NCBI GenBank assembly: GCA_017938765.1
Contig: JAGBAX010000028.1
Location: forward strand, 190,490-254,489
DNA length: 64,000 nt
DNA from: Alistipes sp.
GTDB lineage: Bacteria > Bacteroidota > Bacteroidia > Bacteroidales > Rikenellaceae
Direction: 5' to 3'
Position 1 is the first letter of the stretch; every line of letters starts with the position of its first letter. The notes under the pieces were generated by a model. The model worked only from the letters and a program-made list of their open reading frames with translations. It ran no database searches and was not told the DNA's origin. The position numbers and the translations under genes were made by a program. Of the stretch, positions 1-9,512 are shown one piece after another.

Positions 1-362
1 ACTCTGTTCTGCAACTATGTAGTGCTTATGCGATTCTCACAAGATTTGGGGTTACCTCCCGCGTGTATCTCCGCACCACCACAAGTGGCGACTGCGGCAC
101 TTGGTCGGTGATGGCTTCGCCATTCAAATCCCCTATCCACTACAAAGAGAGTCAGCAAAAAGGTGTCAAACGACACCTTTTTTTTGTTTTAGAGCATCTA
201 TGTGCAAGTTCATTTGCAACAATAGATGCTCTAAACAAAGAAAGGGCGATAGCCCTCTTGCTGACTCTCTTTGTGAAGGCCTCGCGGCGAGCGAAGGGGA
301 TGGGCGTTACGGAGCGAGCAACAGCGAGCGCAGTAGCCAATCCCGCCCCCACAGCAAGGGGT

Positions 363-397
363 AAAAAAACAAGCACCTTGCGGTGCTTGTTTTTTTT
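363..397. terminator. Bidirectional intrinsic terminator at the rsmA 3' end
   Basis: AAAAAAAC-AAGCACC-TTGC-GGTGCTT-GTTTTTTTT hairpin with A and T tracts on either side, overlapping the rsmA stop. Confidence 0.75.
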
Positions 398-1181
398 ACA
401 TATGTTCGGCGACCCAGTTTGTGAGTTCTACGAATTGAGCGACGCTAAGTTGCTCGGCACGGGTCGTAAAGAGTGGGTGTTCTGCCCCACCGAAGTTCCC
501 AAAGACCGCCTTGAGCGAGTTTCTTAGCATTTTACGGCGCTGGCCGAAGGAGGCCTTGACGACTTTAACAAACAGTTGCTCATCGCAGCCCAACCGCTCT
601 GTACTATTTCTGCGCAGGCGAATAACGGCGCTCTTAACCTTTGGTGGTGGGTTAAAGACCCTCTCCGAGACGGTAAACAGGTACTCAATATCGTACCACG
701 CCTGCAGCAGAACGCTCAATATTCCATACTCACGAGAGCCTGGAGGCTCGGCAATACGCACAGCTACCTCCTTCTGAATCATTCCCACGCACTGGGGTAT
801 AAGGTCGCGGTTTTCAATAACCTTGAAGAATATCTGTGACGAGATATTATAGGGAAAGTTGCCTATCACGCGCACACCCTGAGGGAACATCTCCCTTAGA
901 TTCATCTTCAGAAAGTCGCCCTCAATAAGTCGAGGAGCAAAGTCTGGATAGTGGGCATGGAGATACTCTACGCTCTCGCTATCTATCTCGGCACCATAAG
1001 TTGTAATATCTGTACGGCGCAGAAGGTACTGCGTCAGCACACCCATACCACAACCGACCTCAAGCGTAGCCTCAGGGTCAGTCTCCGTGCGCTCAGTGAG
1101 CGAAGAGCATATCTTCTGGGCGATGTTAAGGTCAGTGAGGAAGTGTTGACCAAGTGCCTTTTTTGCGCGTACCTCTGCCAT
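396..1181 (-). CDS. rsmA: 16S rRNA m6,2A dimethyltransferase (KsgA/RsmA)
   Basis: KKALGQHFL N-terminus, LEVGCGMG SAM-binding motif, GNFPYNIS, FNPPPKVKSAV, FGQRRKMLRNSL. Confidence 0.97.
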   Translation of the reverse strand: MAEVRAKKALGQHFLTDLNIAQKICSSLTERTETDPEATLEVGCGMGVLTQYLLRRTDITTYGAEIDSESVEYLHAHYPDFAPRLIEGDFLKMNLREMFPQGVRVIGNFPYNISSQIFFKVIENRDLIPQCVGMIQKEVAVRIAEPPGSREYGILSVLLQAWYDIEYLFTVSERVFNPPPKVKSAVIRLRRNSTERLGCDEQLFVKVVKASFGQRRKMLRNSLKAVFGNFGGAEHPLFTTRAEQLSVAQFVELTNWVAEHM

Positions 1182-1182
1182 A

Positions 1183-1659
1183 CTACAAGAAGCGGCGTTG
1201 TGACTCGCTTACAACAGCACTGCGAGTAGACTGAGTGACAGAAGATGGTATTGTTGCCTTCTCGTACACAGAGACATCGTCTGTAAGGTCTACATTTGTC
1301 AGGGTCAGCTGTCCAGCCATATTGATAACAGCCTCGTATCCATTTGCTGCGCCCCAGCTCTTACCGTCAGAGTACTTACCAGTGATAATCTTATCCGTAA
1401 TAAGGTATGTGCCAGAGTAGTGCTCGTAATATAGCGGTGAGGCGAAGTCCTGCTGATAGAGGTCAAAAGTACCGTCAGACTTGAACTCTACATAGACATC
1501 AATTCTATCCTTTGTATCCTCTGTAATAAGCGGGCTTGACTTCAGCTGCCACTGACCAACAACGCCCTTGATAAGCGGATTCTCATTATTCTTACCAAAA
1601 CAGCCAGTCAGAGCAACGAGGCTCAACAGCAGTACGGCCGCCATTAAAATCTTTTTCAT
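1183..1659 (-). CDS. Lipoprotein, lipocalin-like beta-barrel family
   Basis: Signal peptide with LTGC lipobox; VVGQWQL and EFKSDGTF motifs typical of Bacteroidota lipocalin-like domains. Confidence 0.6.
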   Translation of the reverse strand: MKKILMAAVLLLSLVALTGCFGKNNENPLIKGVVGQWQLKSSPLITEDTKDRIDVYVEFKSDGTFDLYQQDFASPLYYEHYSGTYLITDKIITGKYSDGKSWGAANGYEAVINMAGQLTLTNVDLTDDVSVYEKATIPSSVTQSTRSAVVSESQRRFL

Positions 1660-1692
1660 GTCTAAATCTAAATTCTATTTACATTGTTACAA

Positions 1693-3750
1693 CTACAACC
1701 AAGCGCCATTTGATGCAAATGAACGAGAGAGGATTGCCATCTTACGAGTTACAAGCATACCACCAGTAGCCTCATTGCTACCAACAGCTGTTCCACCGGC
1801 AATAAATGATACTGAGATAATCGCAGAGCCTGGCTTAGTACACTTGAGCTGCATCTTACCAGTCTTTGAGATAACAATATCGCCCTCAACGCCGAGTTTC
1901 TGACGATCTGCCTGCGACATTGAGACAGTAATCGTTGAGTCTCCATCCGAGTCTGTCATACCTGTTGGATTGCCACCGATAACATCAGTAAGGTCTACGC
2001 TCAGACGATATCCAGTGCGGATAGTAACGCAAGGGATGCCCTCAACATTCATCAGCACCTTAAAGGCGTCAATATAACCCACACCCATCTTGTTCTTAAA
2101 TGTAGATAGTGACACACTTCCAATATTATTACCACTCTGGCTATGCTTTGTACCAGTGCAGTAGCGGTCAATCTCATGTGTTGAGCAAGCCAAGATATCA
2201 CGAAGCTCAAGTGCTGTAAGTTTCTTACCCAACTTCAGAGCGTGAGCCACAGCCAGAGCAGCAACACCAGTAACATGTGGACAAGCCATAGATGTTCCCT
2301 GCTTGTATGAGTAGTTGTAGCCTTCACTATAGGCTGTTGAGTATACCTCTGAGTTCATAAGACCAGAGTAGTTATCTGTCCAATACTTCTGCAAGTAGTC
2401 TCCACCTGGGGCTGCCAGTGTAGAGCCAGGACCATAGTTAGTGTAGTAGGCAGGAGTATAGTCGCAACTCATAGCTGTAACACAGATATAGTCACGATAT
2501 GCACCTGGATAGCTTGCATAGTCCAGCTTGTCATTTCCAGCCGCAAAGATTGGAATACCACCCTCAAGCACATCGCCACCGCCGTACTTTACAAAGTAAT
2601 CAATAGCCTTTCTCACAGCACTATTCTGCGGAGTAAAGACGCTATCAGATGTATAACGGCCTGGATATCCCCAGCTACAGTTTGCAATAGCAGCGCCATT
2701 ATCTGCTGCATACTGGAAAGCACGCGCAGCACCAGTATCCGTTCCTGAAGGCCATACATTGTAGAGTGGATCAGTCGTTGGAATCTCGTGGAATGTCTGG
2801 CAAGACATCAAGCGTACACCATCGCCCTTGCCCGTTCCACCTGCAACGCCACAACCGCCAATACCGTTATTGTTCACTGCCGCAACAGTACCTGCCACAT
2901 GTGTTCCATGGTCAGACTCATTCTCTGTAAGAGTTGTTGTGCCGTCATACTGATACTTCACAAAGTTTACACCGTGAACATCATCAATATATCCATTGCC
3001 ATCATCATCCTTACCTGCTACGCCACTCTTCTCAGCCTCGTTTACCCACATATTTGCAGCAAGGTCTGGGTGTGTAGGCTTTACAACATTGTCAATAATA
3101 GCCACAACAATACGATTGTCTCCAGCAGTAATATCCCACGCCTCGCCAGCATTGATATCTGCACCCTTCTTCACACCAGAGAAGACGTTTGTATCGCCAA
3201 TGTTGATATAGTGCCACTGCTTGTCAAGGTCTGGGTCGTTAAATGCCGCATAGAGCTTACCACGTGTTGCAGGCTCTGAAACTGCCTGTGATGCAGGCTT
3301 AGAGCTCTGGTTATCGCCAATATTCTCCAGCAGAGAGTTGAGCTGTACCACAGCCACCTCACCTACCGTAGCAAACTGCGCTGCTGCCTGATTGATATCC
3401 ACCTTCTGGTCAAAGTAGACAACATACCAGCAGTGCATACCCTCACTGCGCAGACGCTCCTCAAAACGATTTGAGATAAAGACGCGCTCCATTTTTACAC
3501 CACCAACTCTATCAAGCACAGAGTCGAAGCTCTCAATGCCTGAGCGGGTAGCCTCTGTGCGAGACACACCAGCCTCTACGCGCGTAATAGCCTCATCCTC
3601 AAAGCGAACAATAAGGCTTCCAGCCGCATTGTTATCCGAGAGACGGACAATCTTTGCAAGCTGCTGTTGCTCTACACTTACACTCTCGGTAAAGTCCTTT
3701 GTACAACTGAACGCCAGAGAGAGGCAGAGCAGGAAAAACATTTTCTTCAT
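1693..3750 (-). CDS. S8 (subtilisin-like) serine peptidase, lipoprotein
   Basis: AFSC lipobox; catalytic motifs VAIID, HGTHVAGT, GTSMACPHVTG; oxyanion AAGN. Confidence 0.93.
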   Translation of the reverse strand: MKKMFFLLCLSLAFSCTKDFTESVSVEQQQLAKIVRLSDNNAAGSLIVRFEDEAITRVEAGVSRTEATRSGIESFDSVLDRVGGVKMERVFISNRFEERLRSEGMHCWYVVYFDQKVDINQAAAQFATVGEVAVVQLNSLLENIGDNQSSKPASQAVSEPATRGKLYAAFNDPDLDKQWHYINIGDTNVFSGVKKGADINAGEAWDITAGDNRIVVAIIDNVVKPTHPDLAANMWVNEAEKSGVAGKDDDGNGYIDDVHGVNFVKYQYDGTTTLTENESDHGTHVAGTVAAVNNNGIGGCGVAGGTGKGDGVRLMSCQTFHEIPTTDPLYNVWPSGTDTGAARAFQYAADNGAAIANCSWGYPGRYTSDSVFTPQNSAVRKAIDYFVKYGGGDVLEGGIPIFAAGNDKLDYASYPGAYRDYICVTAMSCDYTPAYYTNYGPGSTLAAPGGDYLQKYWTDNYSGLMNSEVYSTAYSEGYNYSYKQGTSMACPHVTGVAALAVAHALKLGKKLTALELRDILACSTHEIDRYCTGTKHSQSGNNIGSVSLSTFKNKMGVGYIDAFKVLMNVEGIPCVTIRTGYRLSVDLTDVIGGNPTGMTDSDGDSTITVSMSQADRQKLGVEGDIVISKTGKMQLKCTKPGSAIISVSFIAGGTAVGSNEATGGMLVTRKMAILSRSFASNGAWL

Positions 3751-3813
3751 AAGTATCTATTTTTTAGTCAATATTCCGCCGTAAAGTTAATAAAGATTTT
3801 ACAAACCTCAAAA

Positions 3814-3845
3814 TTTGGCACTCTCAACATTTATCACTATCTTTG
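3814..3845 (+). promoter_or_regulatory. Bacteroidota primary-sigma promoter for metK
   Basis: TTTG (3814-3817) and TATCTTTG (3838-3845) match the -33/-7 TAnnTTTG consensus. Confidence 0.7.
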
Positions 3846-3855
3846 CAGCGCAAAT

Positions 3856-3901
3856 GTGGAGAGATTTGGACTGATTGCAACCACAATAAAAAATCGCTAA
3901 A
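3856..3901 (+). ncRNA. SAM-II riboswitch in the metK leader
   Basis: GTGG-aga-GATTTG-gact-GATTGCAACCAC-AATAAAA-AATCGCTAAA fits the SAM-II layout (P1 GTGG/CCAC, GAUUUG loop, UUGCA, 3' GCUAAA); lies just after the promoter and before metK. Confidence 0.8.
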
Positions 3902-3972
3902 CCAGCAATTCTTTATTTAGGCCCTCTCCACGTGTTATTTTGTAGAAGTTTACTTAAAAAATATAAAACACA

Positions 3973-5220
3973 ATGGGTTTCTTATTTACATCCGAGTCTG
4001 TGTCCGAGGGACATCCAGATAAGGTTTCAGATCAGATTTCAGACGCCATTCTTGACGAGTTTCTTCGCCGTGACCCAGAGTCAAAGGTCGCTTGTGAGAC
4101 CCTCTGCACTACGGGTCTTGTTGTAGTGGCTGGCGAGGTGCGTTCAGAGGCTTATGTAGACATTCAGCAGACCGCCCGCCGCGTTATTGACCGCATAGGC
4201 TACAACCGCAGTGAGTATCAGTTTGATGCCGCTTCATGTGGCATTCTCTCGGCTATCCACGAGCAGAGTTCAGACATCAATCAGGGCGTTGTTCGCGCTA
4301 CAGAGGAGGAGCAAGGTGCTGGCGACCAGGGTATTATGTTCGGTTATGCAACACGCGAGAGCCGCGAGCTTATGCCTGCAACGCTTATTCTATCACATGT
4401 TATCCTTAAGGAGCTTGCCGACATTCGTCGCGAGGGCAAGACAATGACCTACCTGCGCCCAGATGCAAAGAGTCAGGTAACTATTGAGTACGACGACAAC
4501 CGCCACCCACTGCGCGTGCATACTATCGTTGTCTCTACACAGCACGACGAGGATGTTGATGCTCCGCAGATTAAGGAGGATGTACGCACAATACTTATCC
4601 CACGCGTAAAGGCTCGCCTTGAGCGCGCACACGACGAGTTGGCGGCCCTTATTGGCGAGGATTATATCTTGCACGTAAACCCTACTGGCAAGTTCGTTAT
4701 CGGTGGTCCTCACGGAGATACAGGTCTTACTGGTCGCAAGATTATCGTAGATACTTACGGTGGTCGTGGTGCACACGGCGGTGGCGCATTCTCTGGCAAG
4801 GATTCATCTAAGGTTGACCGCAGTGCCGCCTATGCGGCTCGCCATATTGCAAAGAATATGGTCGCTGCAGGTGTTGCTGACGAGGTACTTGTACAGCTCA
4901 GCTACGCCATTGGTATTGCCGAGCCGCTATCAGTATATGTAGAGACTTACGGCACTAACCGCTTGTCTATCAGCGAGGGAGAGATTGCTCGTCGCATAGC
5001 AAAGCTCTTTGACCTGCGCCCTGCAAGCATTGTTCGCCGCTATGGTCTTAAGAATCCGATTTTTGAGGCTACCGCTTCATACGGTCACTTCGGTAACCGC
5101 CCTTATACAAAGCCAGTTGTCTTTATTGAGAATGGAGTAGAGGTTACGCGCGAGGTTGAGTTCTTCGGCTGGGAGAAGCTTGACGCTGTGGATGATATCA
5201 AGCGCGAGTTTGGTCTCTAA
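3973..5220 (+). CDS. metK: S-adenosylmethionine synthetase
   Basis: [28 protein letters not shown] signatures. Confidence 0.98.
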   Translation: MGFLFTSESVSEGHPDKVSDQISDAILDEFLRRDPESKVACETLCTTGLVVVAGEVRSEAYVDIQQTARRVIDRIGYNRSEYQFDAASCGILSAIHEQSSDINQGVVRATEEEQGAGDQGIMFGYATRESRELMPATLILSHVILKELADIRREGKTMTYLRPDAKSQVTIEYDDNRHPLRVHTIVVSTQHDEDVDAPQIKEDVRTILIPRVKARLERAHDELAALIGEDYILHVNPTGKFVIGGPHGDTGLTGRKIIVDTYGGRGAHGGGAFSGKDSSKVDRSAAYAARHIAKNMVAAGVADEVLVQLSYAIGIAEPLSVYVETYGTNRLSISEGEIARRIAKLFDLRPASIVRRYGLKNPIFEATASYGHFGNRPYTKPVVFIENGVEVTREVEFFGWEKLDAVDDIKREFGL

Positions 5221-5236
5221 AAGAGTGATAACAAAG

Positions 5237-5267
5237 AAAATAGAGCCTTTCGGGGCTCTATTTTTTT
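5237..5267. terminator. Bidirectional terminator between convergent metK and catalase
   Basis: AAAATAGAGCC-TTTCGG-GGCTCTATTTTTTT. Confidence 0.8.
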
Positions 5268-5269
5268 GT

Positions 5270-6748
5270 CTACTCGTCTGATGCTGCTAACGCCTGCTCA
5301 AGGGATATGCCAAGTGCCGAGGCTACACCCCGACCATAGGCAGTATCGGCGCGATAGCAATTTCTTACGTGTCGCTGCTTTATATGTAGCTCAACACCCT
5401 CCATTGCACGAGCCGTATTCTCGCAAGTCGCCTTTTGGTCCTCTGCTGTCATCAGTCGCCACAACTTCCCCGGCTGCGTGTAGTAGTCACTGTCGTACTC
5501 ACGCTCTGGGTAGTTATCTACCGCGCCAGAGATTTTCAGCGGTGGCTCTTTAGCAGATGGCGTCTGCTGCCACTCTCCATAACTATTTGGCTCATAGGCT
5601 ATTGTTCTGCCGCCATTGTTATCTGTACGCATCTGACCATCGCGGTGGTAGATGTTTGTAGCACAGTGCGGACGGTTTACTGGTATTAGATGGTGATTTA
5701 CACCGAGACGATACCTCTGCGCATCGCCATATGAGAATAATCTACCCTGCAGCATCTTGTCGGGCGAGAAGCCTATGCCCTCAATAATATTCATCGGGTT
5801 GAATGCCGCCTGCTCCACCTCAGCAAAGAAGTTCTCTGGGTTGCGATTAAGCTCCAGTATACCCACATCGTGAAGCGGAAAGTCGCCGTGATACCACACC
5901 TTTGTAAGGTCAAAGGGATTTATATGATACCTCTCCGCCTCACTCTCTGTCATCAGCTGCACCTGCATCTTCCAGCGAGGGTACTCCCCGCGCTCAATAG
6001 CCTCAAAGAGGTCGCGCTGATTTGACTCCCTATCCTTTGCCACAACAGCCTCAGCCTCGGCATCAGTAAGGTTTTTAATCCCTTGCAGTGTCCGCAGGTG
6101 GAACTTTACCCAAGTGCGCTCATTATCAGCATTATAGAAGCTGTATGTATGACTACCAAAGCCGTGCATATGGCGAAACGAAGCGGGTATACCACGCGGC
6201 GACATCGTTATTGTCACCTGATGCAGAGCCTCTGGCAGCAGAGTCCAGAAGTCCCAGTTGCTATTTGCACTACGCATACCCGTTCTGGGGTCTCGCTTTA
6301 TGGCGTGGTTAAGGTCGGGGAACTTGAGCGGGTCACGCAGAAAGAATACTGGCGTGTTATTACCCACCAAATCCCAGTTGCCCGTATCAGTGTAAAACTT
6401 AATGGCAAAGCCGCGAATATCCCTCTCTGCATCTGCCGCACCGCGCTCGCCCGCAACCGTAGAGAAGCGCACAAAGCAGGGGGTTACCTTGCCCACCTGA
6501 CTAAAGATAGATGCGCGCGTAAACGCTGTAATATCGTGAGTAACAGTAAACGCCCCATAGGCTCCCGACCCCTTGGCGTGCATTCTTCGCTCTGGAATTA
6601 CCTCGCGGTCAAAGTGCGCCAGCTTCTCTATAAGCCAGGGGTCTTGCATTGTCACTACACCGCGCACTCCTGCCGTCTGTGTGTTCTGATTGTCTGCTAT
6701 CGGACGGCCATTTTCGGCTGTCAATCTCTTTTTGTCAAACTTGCCCAT
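5270..6748 (-). CDS. katA: Monofunctional heme catalase (small-subunit)
   Basis: [17 protein letters not shown] and [14 protein letters not shown] signatures; start placed at ATG 6748 (MGKFDK). Confidence 0.96.
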   Translation of the reverse strand: MGKFDKKRLTAENGRPIADNQNTQTAGVRGVVTMQDPWLIEKLAHFDREVIPERRMHAKGSGAYGAFTVTHDITAFTRASIFSQVGKVTPCFVRFSTVAGERGAADAERDIRGFAIKFYTDTGNWDLVGNNTPVFFLRDPLKFPDLNHAIKRDPRTGMRSANSNWDFWTLLPEALHQVTITMSPRGIPASFRHMHGFGSHTYSFYNADNERTWVKFHLRTLQGIKNLTDAEAEAVVAKDRESNQRDLFEAIERGEYPRWKMQVQLMTESEAERYHINPFDLTKVWYHGDFPLHDVGILELNRNPENFFAEVEQAAFNPMNIIEGIGFSPDKMLQGRLFSYGDAQRYRLGVNHHLIPVNRPHCATNIYHRDGQMRTDNNGGRTIAYEPNSYGEWQQTPSAKEPPLKISGAVDNYPEREYDSDYYTQPGKLWRLMTAEDQKATCENTARAMEGVELHIKQRHVRNCYRADTAYGRGVASALGISLEQALAASDE

Positions 6749-6793
6749 ACCATTTCTGATTTTTAGATAGACCTCTACCAAAATCGTGCCGAC

Positions 6794-6826
6794 AAAAAAG
6801 GGTCGCACCCATCAAGATGCGACCCT
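6794..6826 (-). terminator. Intrinsic terminator after the nucleoside permease
   Basis: Minus strand reads AGGGTCGCATC-TTGATG-GGTGCGACCCT-TTTTT. Confidence 0.75.
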
Positions 6827-6845
6827 ATATTATATATAATGTATA

Positions 6846-8105
6846 CTAAGCCTTCTCTGGCTCGTGCTTATACTTGAACACAACAGCAAAGAGCAGTGCC
6901 ACAACAAGAGCATAGGCAGCAAAGATGAGCCAAGAGTGCGACCAGCCCTCCATACGAGCTACGCCCGTGCTATCGCCCACAAAGTGGTTAATAACCTGCT
7001 GCGCACCCAGCGTACCTATAGTAGCACCAATACCATTTGTCATCATAATAAACAATCCCTGTGCTGATGAGCGGAGAGACTCGTCAGTCTCCTTGTCTAC
7101 AAACAGCGAGCCAGAGACATTAAAGAAGTCAAATGCCACACCATACACAATCATCGAGAGCAGGAACATCCACACGCCTGCGCCTGGGTTACCAAGTCCG
7201 AACAATCCAAAGCGGAGCACCCATGCAAACATAGCCAACAGCATAACCTTCTTTATACCAAAACGCTTGAGGCAGAATGGTATAAGCAGAATGCAGAGGG
7301 TCTCTGACACCTGCGAGAGCGATATGAGGATATTTGCGTGCTGTACACCAAAGGTATTTGCATACTCTGGCACTTGACCAAAGTCAGAGATAAATGGATT
7401 TGCAAAGCCGTTTGTAATCTGCAACGACACGCCAAGAAGAACAGAGAAGATAAAGAACAGCGCCATCTTCTTCTGCTTAAAGAGCGCAAAGGCATTAAGA
7501 CCCAACGCCTCAACAAGCGACTTCTTACTCTGCGACTTGTTTGTAGGACACTGCGGCATTGTAAAGGCATAGAGACCAAGCACCACGCCGACCGTTGCAC
7601 TCTGAACAAACTGCCAAGCTGTAGCCTGGAAGCCCAACAAATCACAGCACCACATTGCGCAGATAAAACCTATAGTACCCCAAATACGAATTGGCGGGAA
7701 GTGCTTCACCGTATCAAGACCTGCACTGCCAAGACCCGTATATGCCACAGAGTTACTAAGACCCAGAGTAGGCATATAGAACGCAACACTCAGAGAGTAG
7801 AGCGTAAAGAGCACCCCAAACTCAACCTGCGCAGCAGTGAGAGCATAGTAACCTGTTGCCGCCATAAACGTTGCCGCCAGCAGATGGCAAATACCGAGCA
7901 ACTTCTGAGCCTGCACCCAGCGGTCAGCCACAATACCAATCAACGCCGGCATAAATAGCGACACAATACCCTGCATAGCGTAGAATAGTCCGATATTCTC
8001 GGCTAAACCTATGCCAAAAAGGTATGTACCCATAGATGTGAGGTACGATCCCCAAACGGCGAACTGCAGGAAGTTCATAGCCGTTAAACGAAGTTTAATA
8101 TTCAT
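6846..8105 (-). CDS. MFS nucleoside:H+ symporter (NupG/XapB family)
   Basis: About 12 hydrophobic helices; FLQFAVWG, FPPIRIWGTIGF and SAQGLF motifs. Confidence 0.9.
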   Translation of the reverse strand: MNIKLRLTAMNFLQFAVWGSYLTSMGTYLFGIGLAENIGLFYAMQGIVSLFMPALIGIVADRWVQAQKLLGICHLLAATFMAATGYYALTAAQVEFGVLFTLYSLSVAFYMPTLGLSNSVAYTGLGSAGLDTVKHFPPIRIWGTIGFICAMWCCDLLGFQATAWQFVQSATVGVVLGLYAFTMPQCPTNKSQSKKSLVEALGLNAFALFKQKKMALFFIFSVLLGVSLQITNGFANPFISDFGQVPEYANTFGVQHANILISLSQVSETLCILLIPFCLKRFGIKKVMLLAMFAWVLRFGLFGLGNPGAGVWMFLLSMIVYGVAFDFFNVSGSLFVDKETDESLRSSAQGLFIMMTNGIGATIGTLGAQQVINHFVGDSTGVARMEGWSHSWLIFAAYALVVALLFAVVFKYKHEPEKA

Positions 8106-8175
8106 ATATTTACAGCTTTAAAATTGTTGTTCGTCAAAAAACTTTAACAAAAATAGCACTTTTTTTTGAAAAAAC

Positions 8176-8206
8176 TTTGCAAAAGAAAAAAAATGTTGTA
8201 CTTTTG
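8176..8206 (+). promoter_or_regulatory. Promoter for tRNA-Gln
   Basis: TTTG 8176-8179 and TACTTTTG 8199-8206. Confidence 0.65.
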
Positions 8207-8216
8207 CACACGCAAT

Positions 8217-8287
8217 TGGGCTATGGTGTAATGGTAACACGACAGATTCTGGTCCTGTCATTCTAGGTTCGAATCCTGGTAGCCCAA
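8217..8287 (+). tRNA. tRNA-Gln (CTG)
   Basis: TGGGCTA/TAGCCCA acceptor stem, anticodon loop TT-CTG-GT, GGTTCGAATCC T-arm. Confidence 0.97.
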
Positions 8288-8322
8288 CTAAAAAGGGGAG
8301 ATGAAACATCTCCCCTTTTTAG
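8288..8322 (+). terminator. Terminator after tRNA-Gln (possibly bidirectional)
   Basis: CTAAAAAGGGGAGATG-AAA-CATCTCCCCTTTTTAG perfect hairpin. Confidence 0.8.
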
Positions 8323-8335
8323 TTGGCATATGTTA

Positions 8336-8371
8336 CCCACCCCCTAAATCCCCCTCCTGTGAGGGGGACTT
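8336..8371. repeat. Short REP-like palindrome (family D, copy 1)
   Basis: CCCACCCCCTAAATCCCCCTC-CTGT-GAGGGGGACTT; same layout as the reverse complement of 15493-15528. Confidence 0.5.
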
Positions 8372-8456
8372 ATGTTTCTGGCGGTGATATACAGGGTCGT
8401 TAAACTTAGCCTGCAAATGTTAGCCTTACTAATAACGATTAAGTAAGTTTGTTACA

Positions 8457-9425
8457 CTAGTCTTTTTTCCAACTACCATCATATTTTCTGTAGTATCTGT
8501 TACCATTTCCATCATAAAAGTTATCTCCATGGAAGTTTCCCGTAGCAACTGTCCGACCGCTACCATCAACAAGTGAGCCAGGTACTGGCATTGAAGCGCC
8601 ACCGCCCACACCAGGAAGTGCTGCAAGACCAAATAACAAAAGTAGCCCTAAGAAAGTGTCAGATGCTTGATTATAAAATTGAGGAAGACAAAGGTAGAAA
8701 TAGTATACCCAACACCCAGCTCCTACAATATAGCACAAATTAAATGACGGCCAGCTCCAATCTGTAAAGAACTGTTTTAAGGAATTGAATATCAAAACTA
8801 TGGCAACAAACGACACAATAAGCCACAGTATAAATCCTATCCACCCATAGCCATTGGCATTTAACACAAACCAAAACGATTTGTTGGGATTAAAGTAGAA
8901 ATATTGGCATAATATACAAGGAGATGCTATTGGCATAAAATGAAACAAAAAGCCCCCCAAATTAAACATGAAGTTAGAGCCTATTTCATCAGTCAATAGT
9001 ATAAAAATAAAGAATAAAACGATTGACACAACAAAGGCAATCATTGTCCACAGAAAATGCTGTTTAGCCTTGTATAAAGATGGGTAGAAGGCCTTTGTCA
9101 AAGTACGTTGTGAGTAATTTGATGTTATATTTTTTAGATATTTTTCCTTTGCCCACCCATGAGGATGATTGTTCCCTCTCTTAGTCTTATGATTCGGACT
9201 CCAACCGACCCAGCACCATCTTTCGCCATTTCCAACACACTCTACATCTGTGACATACACAGTATCGCCTTTGAAAACTTGAAACCTAACATCGCCTGTT
9301 TGAGGTCTTACTCGCAGGTTGAGCTTATCAGCCTTCACAATATACACTTTTTCCCCATCTGCGAATGAGGACTGCCCAACAAATATAGACAAAAATAATA
9401 AAATAAGCAGTCTCTTCATATTCAT
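8457..9425 (-). CDS. Hypothetical membrane protein with N-terminal SH3b-like domain, AT-rich
   Basis: Signal peptide; VKADKLNLRVRP...WCWV...GWAKEKYL SH3b pattern; about 5 TM segments; Gly/Asp-rich tail. Confidence 0.7.
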   Translation of the reverse strand: MNMKRLLILLFLSIFVGQSSFADGEKVYIVKADKLNLRVRPQTGDVRFQVFKGDTVYVTDVECVGNGERWCWVGWSPNHKTKRGNNHPHGWAKEKYLKNITSNYSQRTLTKAFYPSLYKAKQHFLWTMIAFVVSIVLFFIFILLTDEIGSNFMFNLGGFLFHFMPIASPCILCQYFYFNPNKSFWFVLNANGYGWIGFILWLIVSFVAIVLIFNSLKQFFTDWSWPSFNLCYIVGAGCWVYYFYLCLPQFYNQASDTFLGLLLLFGLAALPGVGGGASMPVPGSLVDGSGRTVATGNFHGDNFYDGNGNRYYRKYDGSWKKD

Positions 9426-9449
9426 CTTTTACTATATTAGTAAATTTAT

Positions 9450-9512
9450 GCAAAAAAATCCCTTATATTTTCTCGTTAGCGGAAGTAAATACCCATTTTC
9501 ACGACAAAATTA
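9450..9512. repeat. Truncated family-B palindrome (right part)
   Basis: GTTAGCGGAAGTAAAT is identical to the 18.3 kb copy and TCACGACAAAAT is identical to the 55.4 kb copy; abuts the lipid kinase stop. Confidence 0.6.

Noticed and set aside
63-527. Small ORFs in the first 400 bp and over other repeats (15195-15410, 38157-38420, 44072-44305, 55071-55256)
   Set aside because: They lie in palindromic non-coding repeats and have no protein-like features.
5237-5267. A fourth family A copy
   Set aside because: It shares only the AAAATAGAGCC/GGCTCTATTTT stem with copy 1; the rest of the element is absent, so it is treated as a simple terminator.
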